Source: an uncultured Candidatus Saccharibacteria bacterium (GTDB taxonomy: Bacteria; Patescibacteriota; Minisyncoccia; Portnoybacterales; UBA2143). From it: a DNA stretch of 43,751 nt. Both the position numbers and the translations under genes were made by a program. The stretch lies in assembly GCA_964594965.1 (NCBI GenBank), contig CAZQMX010000001.1, positions 91,667 to 135,417 on the forward strand. The letters are read 5' to 3'. The first letter of the stretch is position 1. Each line of letters starts with the position of its first letter. Shown here piece by piece: positions 10,181-21,998 of the stretch. The notes below the pieces were generated by a model. That model was not told the origin of the DNA. It saw only the letters and a list, made by a program, of their open reading frames with translations, and searched no databases.

Positions 10181-11332
10181 TTAATATCCTTTTAGTTTCT
10201 TTGAACTATCATGCTGACGCATTCTTTCCAGAGCCTTGGCTTCAATTTGGCGGATTCTCTCCCTGGTGACGCCGAATTCCCTACCAACCTCCTCCAGAGT
10301 ATGAGTAATACCATCTTTAAGTCCAAAGCGCATTTCTAAAATCTTCTGCTCTCGGGGTGACAAATCAGAAAGAATTTCTTTTAATCGATTGCGGAGTAGT
10401 TTTCTTGAAGCAACCTGAGTTGGAGTAATAGCTTTTTTGTCTTCAATGAATTCTCCTAATAAACTCTCTTCGCTATCATCGCCAACCGGAGTTTCCAAAG
10501 ATATTGTTTCTTGCGATATTTTAATAATTTGTCTGATTTTCTCAATGGGCTCATCCATTTCAGCAGCAATTTCTTCTGGCAAAGGGTCTCGGCCAAGGCT
10601 CTGAACCAACATTCTTTTAACCTGAGTGTATTTACTAATAGTTTCAACCATATGAACAGGGATCCGGATTGTTCTTGATTGGTCTGCCAATGCCCGGGTA
10701 ATTGCCTGACGAATCCACCAGGTTGCGTAAGTAGAAAATTTGTATCCTCTCTTGTAATCAAATTTCTCAACTGCTTTAAAAAGACCGATATTGCCTTCCT
10801 GAATTAAATCAAGCAGGCTTAAATTTCGACTCCGGCCAACATATCTTTTGGCAATACTAACAACCAATCTTAAATTAGCCTGGGTCAATTTTTGTCTTGA
10901 TTCCTCATCGCCCTGTTCAATTCCTTTGGCTAGTTTAACTTCTTCCGGGGCGGTTAAAAGAGGAATCCGTCCGATTTCCCTTAGATACATCTGGACATTA
11001 TCAAAAGCCTCTAATCGAACTGGTGCCTTTTTTTCTTTTTTCTCTTCAGTTGGTTTTTCTAAGAATTCAATTGATTCAACAACCTTAATATTGTTTTCCT
11101 TCAACATATCATAGGTTTTTTCCAGGCCGGAAATATCTTCTTCTATCCTCGGGGCTAAATTAAGCAGTTCTGATTCTGTGACAAACCCCCTTTCTCTTCC
11201 CCGGACAATTAGCTCTTGGATTTTCTCATCAGTAATGAGCTCCTTTTTTCTTCTGGTAACTTTTTTCTTTGCCGGTGTCTTTTTCTTAACAACTTTTCTT
11301 TTAGTTGTTTTTTTAGTTGGTTTTCTTGGCAT
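10181..11332 (-). CDS. rpoD: Primary sigma factor RpoD/SigA
   Basis: [43 protein letters not shown]. Confidence 0.97.
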   Translation of the reverse strand: MPRKPTKKTTKRKVVKKKTPAKKKVTRRKKELITDEKIQELIVRGRERGFVTESELLNLAPRIEEDISGLEKTYDMLKENNIKVVESIEFLEKPTEEKKEKKAPVRLEAFDNVQMYLREIGRIPLLTAPEEVKLAKGIEQGDEESRQKLTQANLRLVVSIAKRYVGRSRNLSLLDLIQEGNIGLFKAVEKFDYKRGYKFSTYATWWIRQAITRALADQSRTIRIPVHMVETISKYTQVKRMLVQSLGRDPLPEEIAAEMDEPIEKIRQIIKISQETISLETPVGDDSEESLLGEFIEDKKAITPTQVASRKLLRNRLKEILSDLSPREQKILEMRFGLKDGITHTLEEVGREFGVTRERIRQIEAKALERMRQHDSSKKLKGY

Positions 11333-11333
11333 A

Positions 11334-13094
11334 TTAAAATGCTTGTTTAGTTAATTTATTAAATTCCTGGGTTAATTTTCCTAAAGTTGCTTTATCCTTC
11401 TTTTCTTCTGCTTTTCTGATAGCTAGATTCAATTGATTAAACTTATCTTTTAAATATCTCTTTTTTAACTGATTAAAGCAAAAAACAATTTCTTTTTTAG
11501 GCTCAAGGTCTTCAATCATGCTTTTTTGGGCTTCGGCCTTGAAGATTAAATGGTCAATTTGATTAGCTAATTCAATCGGCAAATCTTTTCTGAGTTTATC
11601 CAGATTAATCTTTTTCTTCTTATTTTTCCTTATTCTCTCGAATATCTGGCTTAACTGGGAATTGTTGAATAAATGACTTGGTTCAGCTTGGCATTCTTTT
11701 GGATTTTCAGAACAGGATAACATTAAACCAAGAACATATTCTTCCAAGTTAATTCTTTGTTCGCGCTTATTATCAGAAACCTCTTTAACCGGTTCCTGTC
11801 TAATCTCAGAATCGTACCTCATTTTCCCCATTTCTTCAACCAAATCACTCTCTTTAGCGCCTAATCTCATAGAGGTTTGATCAAGCCAATGGGATTGCTC
11901 AATTCTATTAGGAATCTTTTTGATTATTGGCAGGACAATCCGGCTAATTTCTTTTTTTCCTTCAACTGTTTCCGGATCATTCCTGGCCAAGGCAGTGGTT
12001 AAATAGAAATCGACTATGTTTTTTGACTCTTTAACCGCTTTTTGCCAAAGAGAAATATCTTTTTTAAGGCAATCAGCCGGGTCAGAATTTTGGGGTAAAT
12101 CAATAACTTTAGCGTTAAAACCAAGTTCAATTGCCAGATTAACTCCTCTTTTAGTCGCCTCTTCTCCGGCAATGTCCATGTCAAAAGCAGTTGCCAGATT
12201 ATCGCTGTATCTTTTCAAAGTTCTTAACTGGAATTCAGTCAGAGCTGTTCCGGAGCTGGCAACAACGTTTTTAAATCCATTCTGATGAGCCATTAAAACA
12301 TCAGTTTGTCCTTCAACCAGAACAGAAAGATTTTCTTTCCTAATATCTAATTTAGCTTTGTTTAGTCCGTAGATAATCCGGCTTTTGTCATAAATTAAGG
12401 TATTAGGCGTATTAACATATTTCCCCATTCTTTCATCCGGCTTGTTTGGGTTTTCTCTCCCGGTAAATCCAACAACAACCCCATTAATATCAGAAATGGG
12501 AAAAATGATTCTGTCACGGAAACGGTCATAGTATTTCCCTTTTTCGCTTTTAACCACTAACCCGGTTTTAATAATTTCATCATTGGGATATCCCCGACCA
12601 TTAAGAAATTCTAATAAGCTTCGCCATTGAGAAGGGGCATATCCAACCTGCCATTCTTTGATTGTTTCCGGCTTTAATCCTCTTGAAACCAGATATCCTT
12701 TCATTTCCTTTCCGGTTCGGCTGGCTTCCAATTGCCGGACAAAAAAACGATTGGCTAAATCAGCAATTTCATAAGAACGGGTCCTTCTGGTTTGCATTTC
12801 CGGATCAACTCTTTTTAATTCAACCCCTGCTCTGGAGGCCAGCATTTTCAAAGCATCGCCAAATTCAACTCCTTCAATTTCCATGACAAAATCAAAAACA
12901 CTACCACCCTTTCCGCATCCAAAACAATGCCAGATCTGCCTTTCAGGAGAAACCATAAAAGAAGGTGTTTTTTCGGAATGAAAAGGACAAGGGGCTTTAT
13001 GATTTCTCCCCGCTTTCTGTAATCGAACATACCCATTGATTACATCAATGATATCTAACTTGTTTTTAATCTCATCTATTTGTGAATCAGCCAT
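11334..13094 (-). CDS. dnaG: DNA primase
   Basis: CPFH...CFGC zinc finger, [17 protein letters not shown]. Confidence 0.97.
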   Translation of the reverse strand: MADSQIDEIKNKLDIIDVINGYVRLQKAGRNHKAPCPFHSEKTPSFMVSPERQIWHCFGCGKGGSVFDFVMEIEGVEFGDALKMLASRAGVELKRVDPEMQTRRTRSYEIADLANRFFVRQLEASRTGKEMKGYLVSRGLKPETIKEWQVGYAPSQWRSLLEFLNGRGYPNDEIIKTGLVVKSEKGKYYDRFRDRIIFPISDINGVVVGFTGRENPNKPDERMGKYVNTPNTLIYDKSRIIYGLNKAKLDIRKENLSVLVEGQTDVLMAHQNGFKNVVASSGTALTEFQLRTLKRYSDNLATAFDMDIAGEEATKRGVNLAIELGFNAKVIDLPQNSDPADCLKKDISLWQKAVKESKNIVDFYLTTALARNDPETVEGKKEISRIVLPIIKKIPNRIEQSHWLDQTSMRLGAKESDLVEEMGKMRYDSEIRQEPVKEVSDNKREQRINLEEYVLGLMLSCSENPKECQAEPSHLFNNSQLSQIFERIRKNKKKKINLDKLRKDLPIELANQIDHLIFKAEAQKSMIEDLEPKKEIVFCFNQLKKRYLKDKFNQLNLAIRKAEEKKDKATLGKLTQEFNKLTKQAF

Positions 13095-13563
13095 GCTTTT
13101 TCCCCTTTAATATCTTATCAACCATTTCAATTTCTCCTAACATTCCTTCAATTAAGTCATATTTCTTGGCTTGCTGGCAAGTTACCCAGGCAGAATCTAT
13201 ACTATCTTTATCCAGTTTAACCCGGCCTGATTTATATGGACAATAAAAACTTAGAATAATCACTGGAATTCCATCTGGTCTAATAAAAGTAATATCTAAA
13301 AGATATTTTATTTTCCCAACCTCTAAACCAACTTCTTCCTTTATTTCCCGTCTTAAAGATCTCTCGGCAGCAAAATACCAGTGGTCTTTGGTAGTTTTAG
13401 GGGAATTAATATAATCATCAGTTTCCAATCCCCCGCCTGGCACAACCCACTGACCCGGAAAGGCATTCTTATCCAGACTTCTCCGAGTAATTAAGTACTT
13501 TCCTTTCCTATGAATAATGGCTGTCAGGGCAATCCGATGTGATTCTTTGTTTTTAATTTTCAT
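13087..13563 (-). CDS. NUDIX hydrolase
   Basis: PGGGLE...RREIKEEVGL. Confidence 0.88.
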   Translation of the reverse strand: MKIKNKESHRIALTAIIHRKGKYLITRRSLDKNAFPGQWVVPGGGLETDDYINSPKTTKDHWYFAAERSLRREIKEEVGLEVGKIKYLLDITFIRPDGIPVIILSFYCPYKSGRVKLDKDSIDSAWVTCQQAKKYDLIEGMLGEIEMVDKILKGKKHG

Positions 13564-13799
13564 ATATTAACAAAGTGTCTTTTAATAAACGCTCGACCCG
13601 AGCCAGATTTAAGATACTTTTCAAACTTGAAAGCTATGTACTTATCTCTAATCGCAAAATAAAAATCTAACTCCACAGGTAAAATATTTTTCGTTGCTGG
13701 TATATTACCTTTTTTATGTCTTTCCAGTCTGCTTTTAAGATTATCTGTACAGCCGACATAATAACCGTTCTTACATTTTAAACTATAAATATAATACAC
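13560..13799 (-). CDS. Small GIY-YIG endonuclease
   Basis: YYIYSL..YYVGCT..RLERH..FEKYLKSGSGR; GTG start at 13799 avoids overlapping the tRNA. Confidence 0.88.
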   Translation of the reverse strand: MYYIYSLKCKNGYYVGCTDNLKSRLERHKKGNIPATKNILPVELDFYFAIRDKYIAFKFEKYLKSGSGRAFIKRHFVNI

Positions 13800-13840
13800 A
13801 ATTATTCCCCGCTTTCGCGTATCTTCGGCGGACTTCGTCA

Positions 13841-13873
13841 CGCCGTAGCCACGCTTCAGCGTGGCGAAGGCGG
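13841..13873. repeat. GTAG hairpin repeat abutting the tRNA 3' end
   Basis: CGCCGTAG-CCACGC-TTCA-GCGTGG-CGAAGGCGG. Confidence 0.75.
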
Positions 13874-13957
13874 AGAGGGAGGGATTCGAACCCTCGATAC
13901 CGGTAAAGGTATACTGCCTTTCCAAGGCAGCGCACTCGGCCACTATGCGACCTCTCC
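13871..13957 (-). tRNA. tRNA-Ser(GGA)
   Basis: GGAGAGG/CCTCTCC acceptor, CTGCC-TTGGAAA-GGCAG anticodon arm, long variable arm, GTTCGAATC T-loop; CCA not encoded. Confidence 0.97.
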
Positions 13958-14212
13958 CTATTTCTTAAAATGCTCTTCTAATTTGCCTTTTATCTTTGCT
14001 ACCTCATGATGACTTAATTGGTCATGCGGATTATACTTCAACCGATTAATCTCTCTTTTCATTTTAGTTTTAGTCACGCCTCTTTTAAGGGATTCCTGAA
14101 AAACACCCTCGACATAGGCTCGTTCTTTAGGTGATAATTGCGGAATATCTTTTATTGCTTTTTTGAATTCATCCCGCTTTATTCTTTTTGGGCTTGGGGA
14201 AAATAATCCCAT
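13958..14212 (-). CDS. Small basic hypothetical protein
   Basis: 84-aa ORF filling the htpX-tRNA gap. Confidence 0.7.
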   Translation of the reverse strand: MGLFSPSPKRIKRDEFKKAIKDIPQLSPKERAYVEGVFQESLKRGVTKTKMKREINRLKYNPHDQLSHHEVAKIKGKLEEHFKK

Positions 14213-14224
14213 AATTTTACCTTT

Positions 14225-15118
14225 CTACATCCTCATCCCCCGCAGGTTTTTAATTCTTTTTTCTATTGGCGGATGAGATAAAAACCATTTGGCGACCTTT
14301 TTCCCTTTAAAGGGATTGGCAATATACATATGAGCCATGGCCTTATTAGCCACTTTTAATGGAGTTGAATCTTTTGAAATCTTTTCTAATGCCCTGGCTA
14401 ATCCTTCTGGATATCTGGTCAAAAGCGCTCCATCGGCATCTGCTAAAAACTCTCTTTTTCTTGAAACAGATAATTGAATTAATTTGGCAAACAAGGGCGA
14501 TAAGATGGCCAGAGCAATACCAGTTATTGCCATAATGGCGGCAAGTTGATCTCCTTCCCGGCTACTTCTTCTTCTCCCGCCAAAAATACTCCATCTTAAA
14601 AACCAATCAGAGAGCAAAACTACCATTCCAACTAAAACCACAACAACAGTCTGTAAAAGGATATCTCGGTTGCCAATATGACTTAATTCATGGGCAATGA
14701 CTCCTTCTAGTTCGCTTTTTTCCAGTTTTTCAAGTAATCCCCTGGTTACTGCGATAACTGCTTTTTCCGGATTTCTTCCTGTGGCAAAAGCGTTGGGTGA
14801 CATTTCCTCAATAATATATATTTTAGGCAAAGGCAATCCAGCAGTAATACAAAGATTTTCAACAATTCGGTATAATTCTGGATTGTCTTGTTTTTTAATT
14901 TCCTTTGCCTTGCTAATAGCTAAAACAATCTTATCTGAATACCAATAGGAGGTAAAACTCATTAGAGTACTGAAGATAACAGCAATAATCAAAACAACTG
15001 GACTGTTGAATTGGTAGGAAAAAACCCAACCCAGGCCAATGACAAAAATGAGGAATATTGTCATTAAAAACCAGGTCCGACGGATATTAGCGTCTTTGTG
15101 AGTGTATAGGGTGGGCAT
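14225..15118 (-). CDS. htpX: M48 zinc metalloprotease HtpX
   Basis: PNAFATGR, HELSH, SRKREFLAD, SHPP. Confidence 0.95.
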   Translation of the reverse strand: MPTLYTHKDANIRRTWFLMTIFLIFVIGLGWVFSYQFNSPVVLIIAVIFSTLMSFTSYWYSDKIVLAISKAKEIKKQDNPELYRIVENLCITAGLPLPKIYIIEEMSPNAFATGRNPEKAVIAVTRGLLEKLEKSELEGVIAHELSHIGNRDILLQTVVVVLVGMVVLLSDWFLRWSIFGGRRRSSREGDQLAAIMAITGIALAILSPLFAKLIQLSVSRKREFLADADGALLTRYPEGLARALEKISKDSTPLKVANKAMAHMYIANPFKGKKVAKWFLSHPPIEKRIKNLRGMRM

Positions 15119-15161
15119 TATAGAATACTTTAGGAGAAGGAGGAGGATGTTTTTTAATAGG

Positions 15162-15332
15162 TTATGCGTTTTTTCTTTCAGAACAATCGTTTTTACACCT
15201 TGTCCTACCTGAATCTATATTGATCAGAAGCCGAGATTCGCATTTTGGGCAGATATTAGAAGTATCAATAGATTCAATCCATTTGTCGGGATCATACCAT
15301 TCATTATATCTTTCTTGAGCGGACTCAAGCAT
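15162..15332 (-). CDS. 56-aa orphan with putative zinc ribbon
   Basis: MLESAQERYNEWYDPDKWIESIDTSNICPKCESRLLINIDSGRTRCKNDCSERKNA; AGGAGGT SD; below the ORF-track cutoff. Confidence 0.7.
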   Translation of the reverse strand: MLESAQERYNEWYDPDKWIESIDTSNICPKCESRLLINIDSGRTRCKNDCSERKNA

Positions 15333-15370
15333 ACTACCTCCTTTCTCATCCTCCTCTTAAAATATTCTAT

Positions 15371-15928
15371 TTAAAATTCAACTTTGACTGGTTCTCGTTC
15401 GGCCTCTCCTCCTAATTCAAAGAAATCTCTTTTAGTGAATCCAAGCATGCCGGCAACCATATTGTTTGGAAATGTCTGGATTTTAGTGTTAAAATCTCTA
15501 ACATTGCCGTTATAGAATCTCCTCGCTGCCTGAATCTTATTCTCCGTATCAGATAATTCTCTCTGAAGTTCTAAAAAGTTCTGATTAGCTTTTAAATCAG
15601 GGTAACTTTCTGCAACAGCAAACAAACTTTTCAGAGCGCCGGTCAACATATTTTCCGCCTGGCCTTTTTCTTCCGGATTCTGGGCTCCCATTGCTTTTGT
15701 TCTGGCTTCGGTTACTCTTTCTAAAACTTCTCTTTCATGTTTGGCATAACCCTTAACAGTATTGACCAAATTAGGAATCAGGTTGTATCTTCTTTTTAAT
15801 TGGACATCAATATCAGACCAGGCCTCATCAGTCCTGTTTCTGAACTTAATCAGGCCGTTATAGATTCCGATTAGCCAGAAAGCTATAACAGCGGCAATGC
15901 CTAAAACGACCCATAAGAATATAGTCAT
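15371..15928 (-). CDS. lemA: LemA family protein
   Basis: IDVQLKRRYNLIPNLV, ESYPDLKA, ARRFYN. Confidence 0.96.
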   Translation of the reverse strand: MTIFLWVVLGIAAVIAFWLIGIYNGLIKFRNRTDEAWSDIDVQLKRRYNLIPNLVNTVKGYAKHEREVLERVTEARTKAMGAQNPEEKGQAENMLTGALKSLFAVAESYPDLKANQNFLELQRELSDTENKIQAARRFYNGNVRDFNTKIQTFPNNMVAGMLGFTKRDFFELGGEAEREPVKVEF

Positions 15929-15941
15929 ATTTTTTTTACCT

Positions 15942-15976
15942 CGCCGTAGTCCTGTAATTTTACAGGACGAAGGCGG
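15942..15976. repeat. GTAG hairpin repeat in the lemA leader
   Basis: CGCCGTAG-TCCTGTAA-TT-TTACAGGA-CGAAGGCGG. Confidence 0.75.
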
Positions 15977-16064
15977 GTCTCCTTATATTAATTCTAGTTT
16001 TATTATACTGCCTTTATAATTAAAATCAATGATTGACAAATTATTGTTTTCACCAGGAAATCAG

Positions 16065-16102
16065 AAAGGCGGCTGTCGTCAAAAAAGATGACAGCCGCCT
16101 TT
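16065..16102 (-). terminator. groEL intrinsic terminator
   Basis: AAAGGCGGCTGTC/GACAGCCGCCTTT stem. Confidence 0.85.
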
Positions 16103-16127
16103 AAATTCAGCACAAGTTAATATTTTC

Positions 16128-18048
<1,921 letters not shown>

Positions 18049-18132
18049 GCTATTCAAAAAACAATAAACAGTGAACAATGAACAATAACAAACTATTACT
18101 CAATGCCTCCTATTTATTGCCTGATTTATTCT

Positions 18133-18161
18133 ATTTTAAGCGAAGACGAATAAAAAGTCAA
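18133..18161 (-). promoter_or_regulatory. sigma70-type promoter of groESL
   Basis: TTGACT-17nt-TAAAAT. Confidence 0.7.
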
Positions 18162-19120
18162 GGATTTAGTCCTGAATCCTCCTCCTGGCCTAATTCTTCA
18201 AATCCCAATCCCTTCATTTTAAGATTGTATTTTTTTAAAACTTCTTTTTCAGGAGAATCAGGATGGAATTCCAATTGATTATCATCGAAAACAACCCTTC
18301 CCCCGGATTGATAAGTCAAAGGATCTTTTTTAATTCTTTTTTCCTGGAATTTTCTCAGAATTGATTCGAGCCAGTCCCCTATTCTTTCATTAAGAAAAAA
18401 TTCTCTTAACCTTCTGGTAAAAGTAAAAAGAGAATTAAGTTTAATTATTTTTAAATATCCCCTTTCTTTCCTGGGGCAAAAGGATAAATATTGATTAATC
18501 CATTGATTAGCTTTTTGGAATTTTCTGTAAATCCCCTTTTCAATTTCTAAAATTGGAACTAGATGAACATAGGTCTGGGCATTATACAGGCTCCTGAAAG
18601 GAATTTTTAATGAATTATTAGTTAAATAGTGATTAAGACAGATTCGGTCCTGGGTTAATTTCCCATGGCGGCGCTGACCGATTAAATGGCAGAAGAGAGT
18701 GACTAATCCCCGGCAGGTCCAAATCCTTCCTGATTTCGAAATGATTAACAGATCAATATCCGATTCTTTTTTAGGATTATTCATTGCCAGAGAACCACTA
18801 ATGGCAACCATTCGGACAAAAGGGATAACTTGAAAGGCCCTGATTATTCGTCTGGTCTTTTTGTATTTTCTATCTGCGATTTTCTGTTTTTCAATTCTTT
18901 GGTTAATAATTTCTTCTCGGTTTTTGAGGAAATAGAATCCGTTTTTCTGTTCAATTAAATTATTTAATTCAGAACTGTTTTCCAAAATTTCTAGAACCCG
19001 ACCAAGATTATTTCTTTTTTTTGAAATTAGATATTTAAAAACTTCAACCCCGGTCAAAGGTCTTTCTAAAACATCGTAATAGACCAAAGTTGATAAAATG
19101 GATTTTTCTAGACTATTCAT
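18158..19120 (-). CDS. Pol-beta-like nucleotidyltransferase domain protein
   Basis: SGSLA...SDIDLLII motif. Confidence 0.7.
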   Translation of the reverse strand: MNSLEKSILSTLVYYDVLERPLTGVEVFKYLISKKRNNLGRVLEILENSSELNNLIEQKNGFYFLKNREEIINQRIEKQKIADRKYKKTRRIIRAFQVIPFVRMVAISGSLAMNNPKKESDIDLLIISKSGRIWTCRGLVTLFCHLIGQRRHGKLTQDRICLNHYLTNNSLKIPFRSLYNAQTYVHLVPILEIEKGIYRKFQKANQWINQYLSFCPRKERGYLKIIKLNSLFTFTRRLREFFLNERIGDWLESILRKFQEKRIKKDPLTYQSGGRVVFDDNQLEFHPDSPEKEVLKKYNLKMKGLGFEELGQEEDSGLNP

Positions 19121-19213
19121 ATTTCTATCATAACTTATTTAAAAACAAAGAAAAAGCGTTGGCCTTGAATTTTAATCAATCTGGGACCAACGCTTTAACG
19201 CTCGCATAATTTT

Positions 19214-19411
19214 TTATGGGAGAAGTAAGCCAGTTTTCACCATTGATCGGAGCTCTTTGACAGACATATTGTTCCATCCTGCTTGCAACACTAAGCGTTG
19301 ACGCTCTGCATCAACGGTGTCTTTAATGCTTTCAGGCGCATTCCCAGGAATCGGCTTTATTTCATCAAGTATTCCTTCTATTAATCTAGCTTTTTCTTCA
19401 AATTCGCTCAT
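19214..19411 (-). CDS. Orphan small protein
   Basis: AGGAGG SD; downstream AAAGCGTTGG/CCAACGCTTT terminator-like stem. Confidence 0.7.
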   Translation of the reverse strand: MSEFEEKARLIEGILDEIKPIPGNAPESIKDTVDAERQRLVLQAGWNNMSVKELRSMVKTGLLLP

Positions 19412-19436
19412 AATTCCTCCTTCTAGTTAAAGAACC

Positions 19437-19685
19437 CTATGCTTTCAATCCCAAAGCCACGGCCTTGGCGATTCTATTACTAACCATTGATTTCCTGCTT
19501 TCAATTACTTTAATATTCTTAATCTCTTCTAACTTAACCTTATTCTTCTTCAAAAACCGCTCAATATTCAAAAGCAGGGTCTCTGATAATTGATAAAGAC
19601 CCTCCCATTCAAAACTATCTATTTCTTTTTTATCTTTCTTTAGAACCAATTTTGGTTCTTTTAATAAATCAATAATTAAAGTCAT
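19437..19685 (-). CDS. Short TsaB-like N-terminal domain protein
   Basis: SETLL..IERFLK...SMVSNRIAKAVALGL resembles the TsaB N-domain; only 82 aa. Confidence 0.55.
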   Translation of the reverse strand: MTLIIDLLKEPKLVLKKDKKEIDSFEWEGLYQLSETLLLNIERFLKKNKVKLEEIKNIKVIESRKSMVSNRIAKAVALGLKA

Positions 19686-20860
19686 TTATATTTTTTAATA
19701 AAATAGTTTCTTTTTTTTCTAAAAATCTTAGCTTGGTTAATAATTTCATTTTCTGTTTCTTTCTGGCTTAAATCAATGGTTTCTTTAATAAAGGAAGATA
19801 CCCGGCCAAAATAGAGATAACCTAGTACTTCTAAAACCGATAATCTTTTTGAGGTTTTTTTGTATTCCAGAAGAAAATCATAGACAATTTTAGACCATAA
19901 ATCTGAATTAATTGTTTTCTCTTTCTTTTTACTAATCTCTTTTAATTTCTTGTAAACCGAAGGAGAAAGAATATTTTTAGATTTTTTAATTGAATGATTA
20001 AAATTATCCAAAAACAGTTGATTGAAAAAATATTCATCAATTTCTGTTTCTTCTAATTGGGGCAGTTTTTTTCCGCCGAAAAGAGGGATTTTCTTGGTTT
20101 CAACTTCCTTTTTTACCCTTCCCCGATAAATCATTCTAAAAAGAGTTTCTGAGACCTGAAAAAACATTAAACCCAGTTTTGGATTAGAAACGTTATGGAT
20201 TTTTTCTCCTAAATTTACCTGGGCAATTTTCATTTTATCAAAGAAAGCGGTTAAAGTCATAAAGATATCAATGCCGTACTGATGGGCGGTTTTAGGCCAT
20301 CTTTTTCTAAGCCAATGCCTGGCCATTTGATTGGAAAAAGCAAAATCGCCGCCAATTGGCTGTCGAATATCAAGGCCTAAAAGTCCGTAAATCAAAGGAT
20401 AAACTAAATTATTGGTAATAGTCGCATCGGCCCGATGTCGAGCATAATATGGGACAACAAAATCGTAGTCGTCAAAAACCGGTTGAGCCATTTTTTTAAT
20501 CCAATCCGGTTGAATGCTTTTCAAATCAGAATCAAAAGTCATTCCAACTTCGGCTTTTAACTTTTTAACCATTGAAAAAAGATTATGGAGATTATATCCC
20601 TTGCCTTGCTTATTCTTCTCGGTTGAAACATAAATTAGAGGAATATCCTTTTTAGATTTAAAAAAGACCTCCTTGGTCTTATCAGTTGAATTATTGTCCA
20701 GATTAATAATGACGCACTTTTTTTTAAGAAAATATTGCTCTAATCCCAAACTGGCCTGTTCAACAACATGACTAATGGTCTTTTCCTCATTGTATGAAGG
20801 AATACCAACAATAATCTCTGCTTTTTTAATTCTGGAAGGATTAGATATTTTCATTGTCAT
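19682..20860 (-). CDS. GT2-fold glycosyltransferase, glucosyl/mannosylglycerate synthase-like
   Basis: VGIPSYNEE, GKGYN, DSD, DATITN, IRQPIGGDF, YGIDIFMT. Confidence 0.8.
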   Translation of the reverse strand: MTMKISNPSRIKKAEIIVGIPSYNEEKTISHVVEQASLGLEQYFLKKKCVIINLDNNSTDKTKEVFFKSKKDIPLIYVSTEKNKQGKGYNLHNLFSMVKKLKAEVGMTFDSDLKSIQPDWIKKMAQPVFDDYDFVVPYYARHRADATITNNLVYPLIYGLLGLDIRQPIGGDFAFSNQMARHWLRKRWPKTAHQYGIDIFMTLTAFFDKMKIAQVNLGEKIHNVSNPKLGLMFFQVSETLFRMIYRGRVKKEVETKKIPLFGGKKLPQLEETEIDEYFFNQLFLDNFNHSIKKSKNILSPSVYKKLKEISKKKEKTINSDLWSKIVYDFLLEYKKTSKRLSVLEVLGYLYFGRVSSFIKETIDLSQKETENEIINQAKIFRKKRNYFIKKYK

Positions 20861-21611
20861 TTTTAACTTTTTTAACTCCCCGGCGATAACGGCAATAATC
20901 GCAATCTTCAGATGCCGGCGGAATTTCTTCTTCCGTTAAGCATTGATGGGCCGCAGTAATGGATTTATCTACCCAGTCACTATTCCCCTGATATGGTATA
21001 ACATGGATATCAAATTCCAACTTCTTATCAAAGGCCTCTTTGTCTTTTTTGCCGTTGGCATAGACAAAATACCCGGTATTAGAGACTTTAAAATCATTTT
21101 GCTTAAAAAGCCATTGATAAATTTCCATCTGTCTTTTGTATCCAATCTGCCAATCAGCATCCAAGTTAATTTCTCCATCTTTGGCTGTTGATTTATAATC
21201 AACAATAATTAATTCTTTTTCTGGATTAATCCAGATATCATCAATAGCGCCGGAGATTGTTAAATCAGTTTTTTTATGAAGACATTGAATTCCTTTAAAA
21301 TTTTCTCTCCACTCATCCATTTTCTGATGCTGGAATGGAATTGCATCAATCTTGTAATGCTCCATCATTGGGTGGGGTTCTCCATTAGCCCGATGAATAT
21401 CAAATTCTTTTTTTAACAAAAAATCAACGGCTGAATTAAGAGCAAAAGGAAATCCGGGTGGCCGGGCAACTCCTAATCGGTTATCAAGATAAAAACAGCG
21501 AGGGCAATCTAAAAACAAATCCAATTTAGATCGGCTTAATTTAAAATTATTCTTCTGATTGGGATTAAAGAGCCAATCAGGATGTTTATGGGGTTTATAG
21601 TACTGAGACAT
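20841..21611 (-). CDS. PD-(D/E)XK nuclease, RecB/Cas4-like
   Basis: LSRSK..CPRCFY, GAIDD, IVDYKS, QMEIY, CDYC. Confidence 0.85.
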   Translation of the reverse strand: MSQYYKPHKHPDWLFNPNQKNNFKLSRSKLDLFLDCPRCFYLDNRLGVARPPGFPFALNSAVDFLLKKEFDIHRANGEPHPMMEHYKIDAIPFQHQKMDEWRENFKGIQCLHKKTDLTISGAIDDIWINPEKELIIVDYKSTAKDGEINLDADWQIGYKRQMEIYQWLFKQNDFKVSNTGYFVYANGKKDKEAFDKKLEFDIHVIPYQGNSDWVDKSITAAHQCLTEEEIPPASEDCDYCRYRRGVKKVKNDNENI

Positions 21612-21805
21612 TATTTCTCCTGTTTTTTAGGAATGACCAGAACGGCGAAGAAATAGAAGAAGATGCCGGGGAAGAATCCGGTGAAAATAGTGACAAAGAG
21701 CCAGATTAATCTGAAAATGACAGGATCAACTTCGGTATATTCCCCCAGCCCGCCGAAAATACCGGCAAATATTTTATTTTTCTCACTTCGATAAAGTTTT
21801 TTCAT
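21611..21805 (-). CDS. pspC: PspC domain protein
   Basis: KLYRS..KIFAGIFGGLGEY..DP..RL. Confidence 0.88.
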   Translation of the reverse strand: MKKLYRSEKNKIFAGIFGGLGEYTEVDPVIFRLIWLFVTIFTGFFPGIFFYFFAVLVIPKKQEK

Positions 21806-21833
21806 AAGTTCATTATATCAAATTCAGAGGAAT

Positions 21834-21998
21834 AAAAAAAGGCAGGTCAGATAGAGCTGGTTTGGGAGTATTTTTACTACCCTCTAATGTCCCTGTAGGG
21901 GGTGACCTGCCTTATTACAACGCTTTCGCAGAATTTTGGGAAACACCCGGCGGCGACATTTGCGCCGGACACAAATTCCTTACCCCACCTCTGCGTTA
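21834..21998 (-). ncRNA. Candidate structured non-coding RNA, family unknown
   Basis: TTGACA-17nt-TAATTT upstream, nested stems with minus-strand G-U pairs, terminal stem plus U7. Confidence 0.5.

Noticed and set aside
13800-13943. N-terminal extension of the GIY-YIG ORF
   Set aside because: It reads through tRNA-Ser and the hairpin repeat; GTG at 13799 fits the domain start.
18090-18160. CIRCE or CtsR operator before groES
   Set aside because: No TTAGCACTC-N9-GAGTGCTAA and no tandem GGTCAAA repeat.
20841-21611. Cas4-like nuclease as a CRISPR component
   Set aside because: No repeat-spacer array or other cas genes are visible in the window.
21834-21998. Cobalamin or FMN riboswitch
   Set aside because: GACCTGCC and GGCGCAAATGTC are suggestive, but the other conserved blocks are missing and the downstream gene is unrelated.
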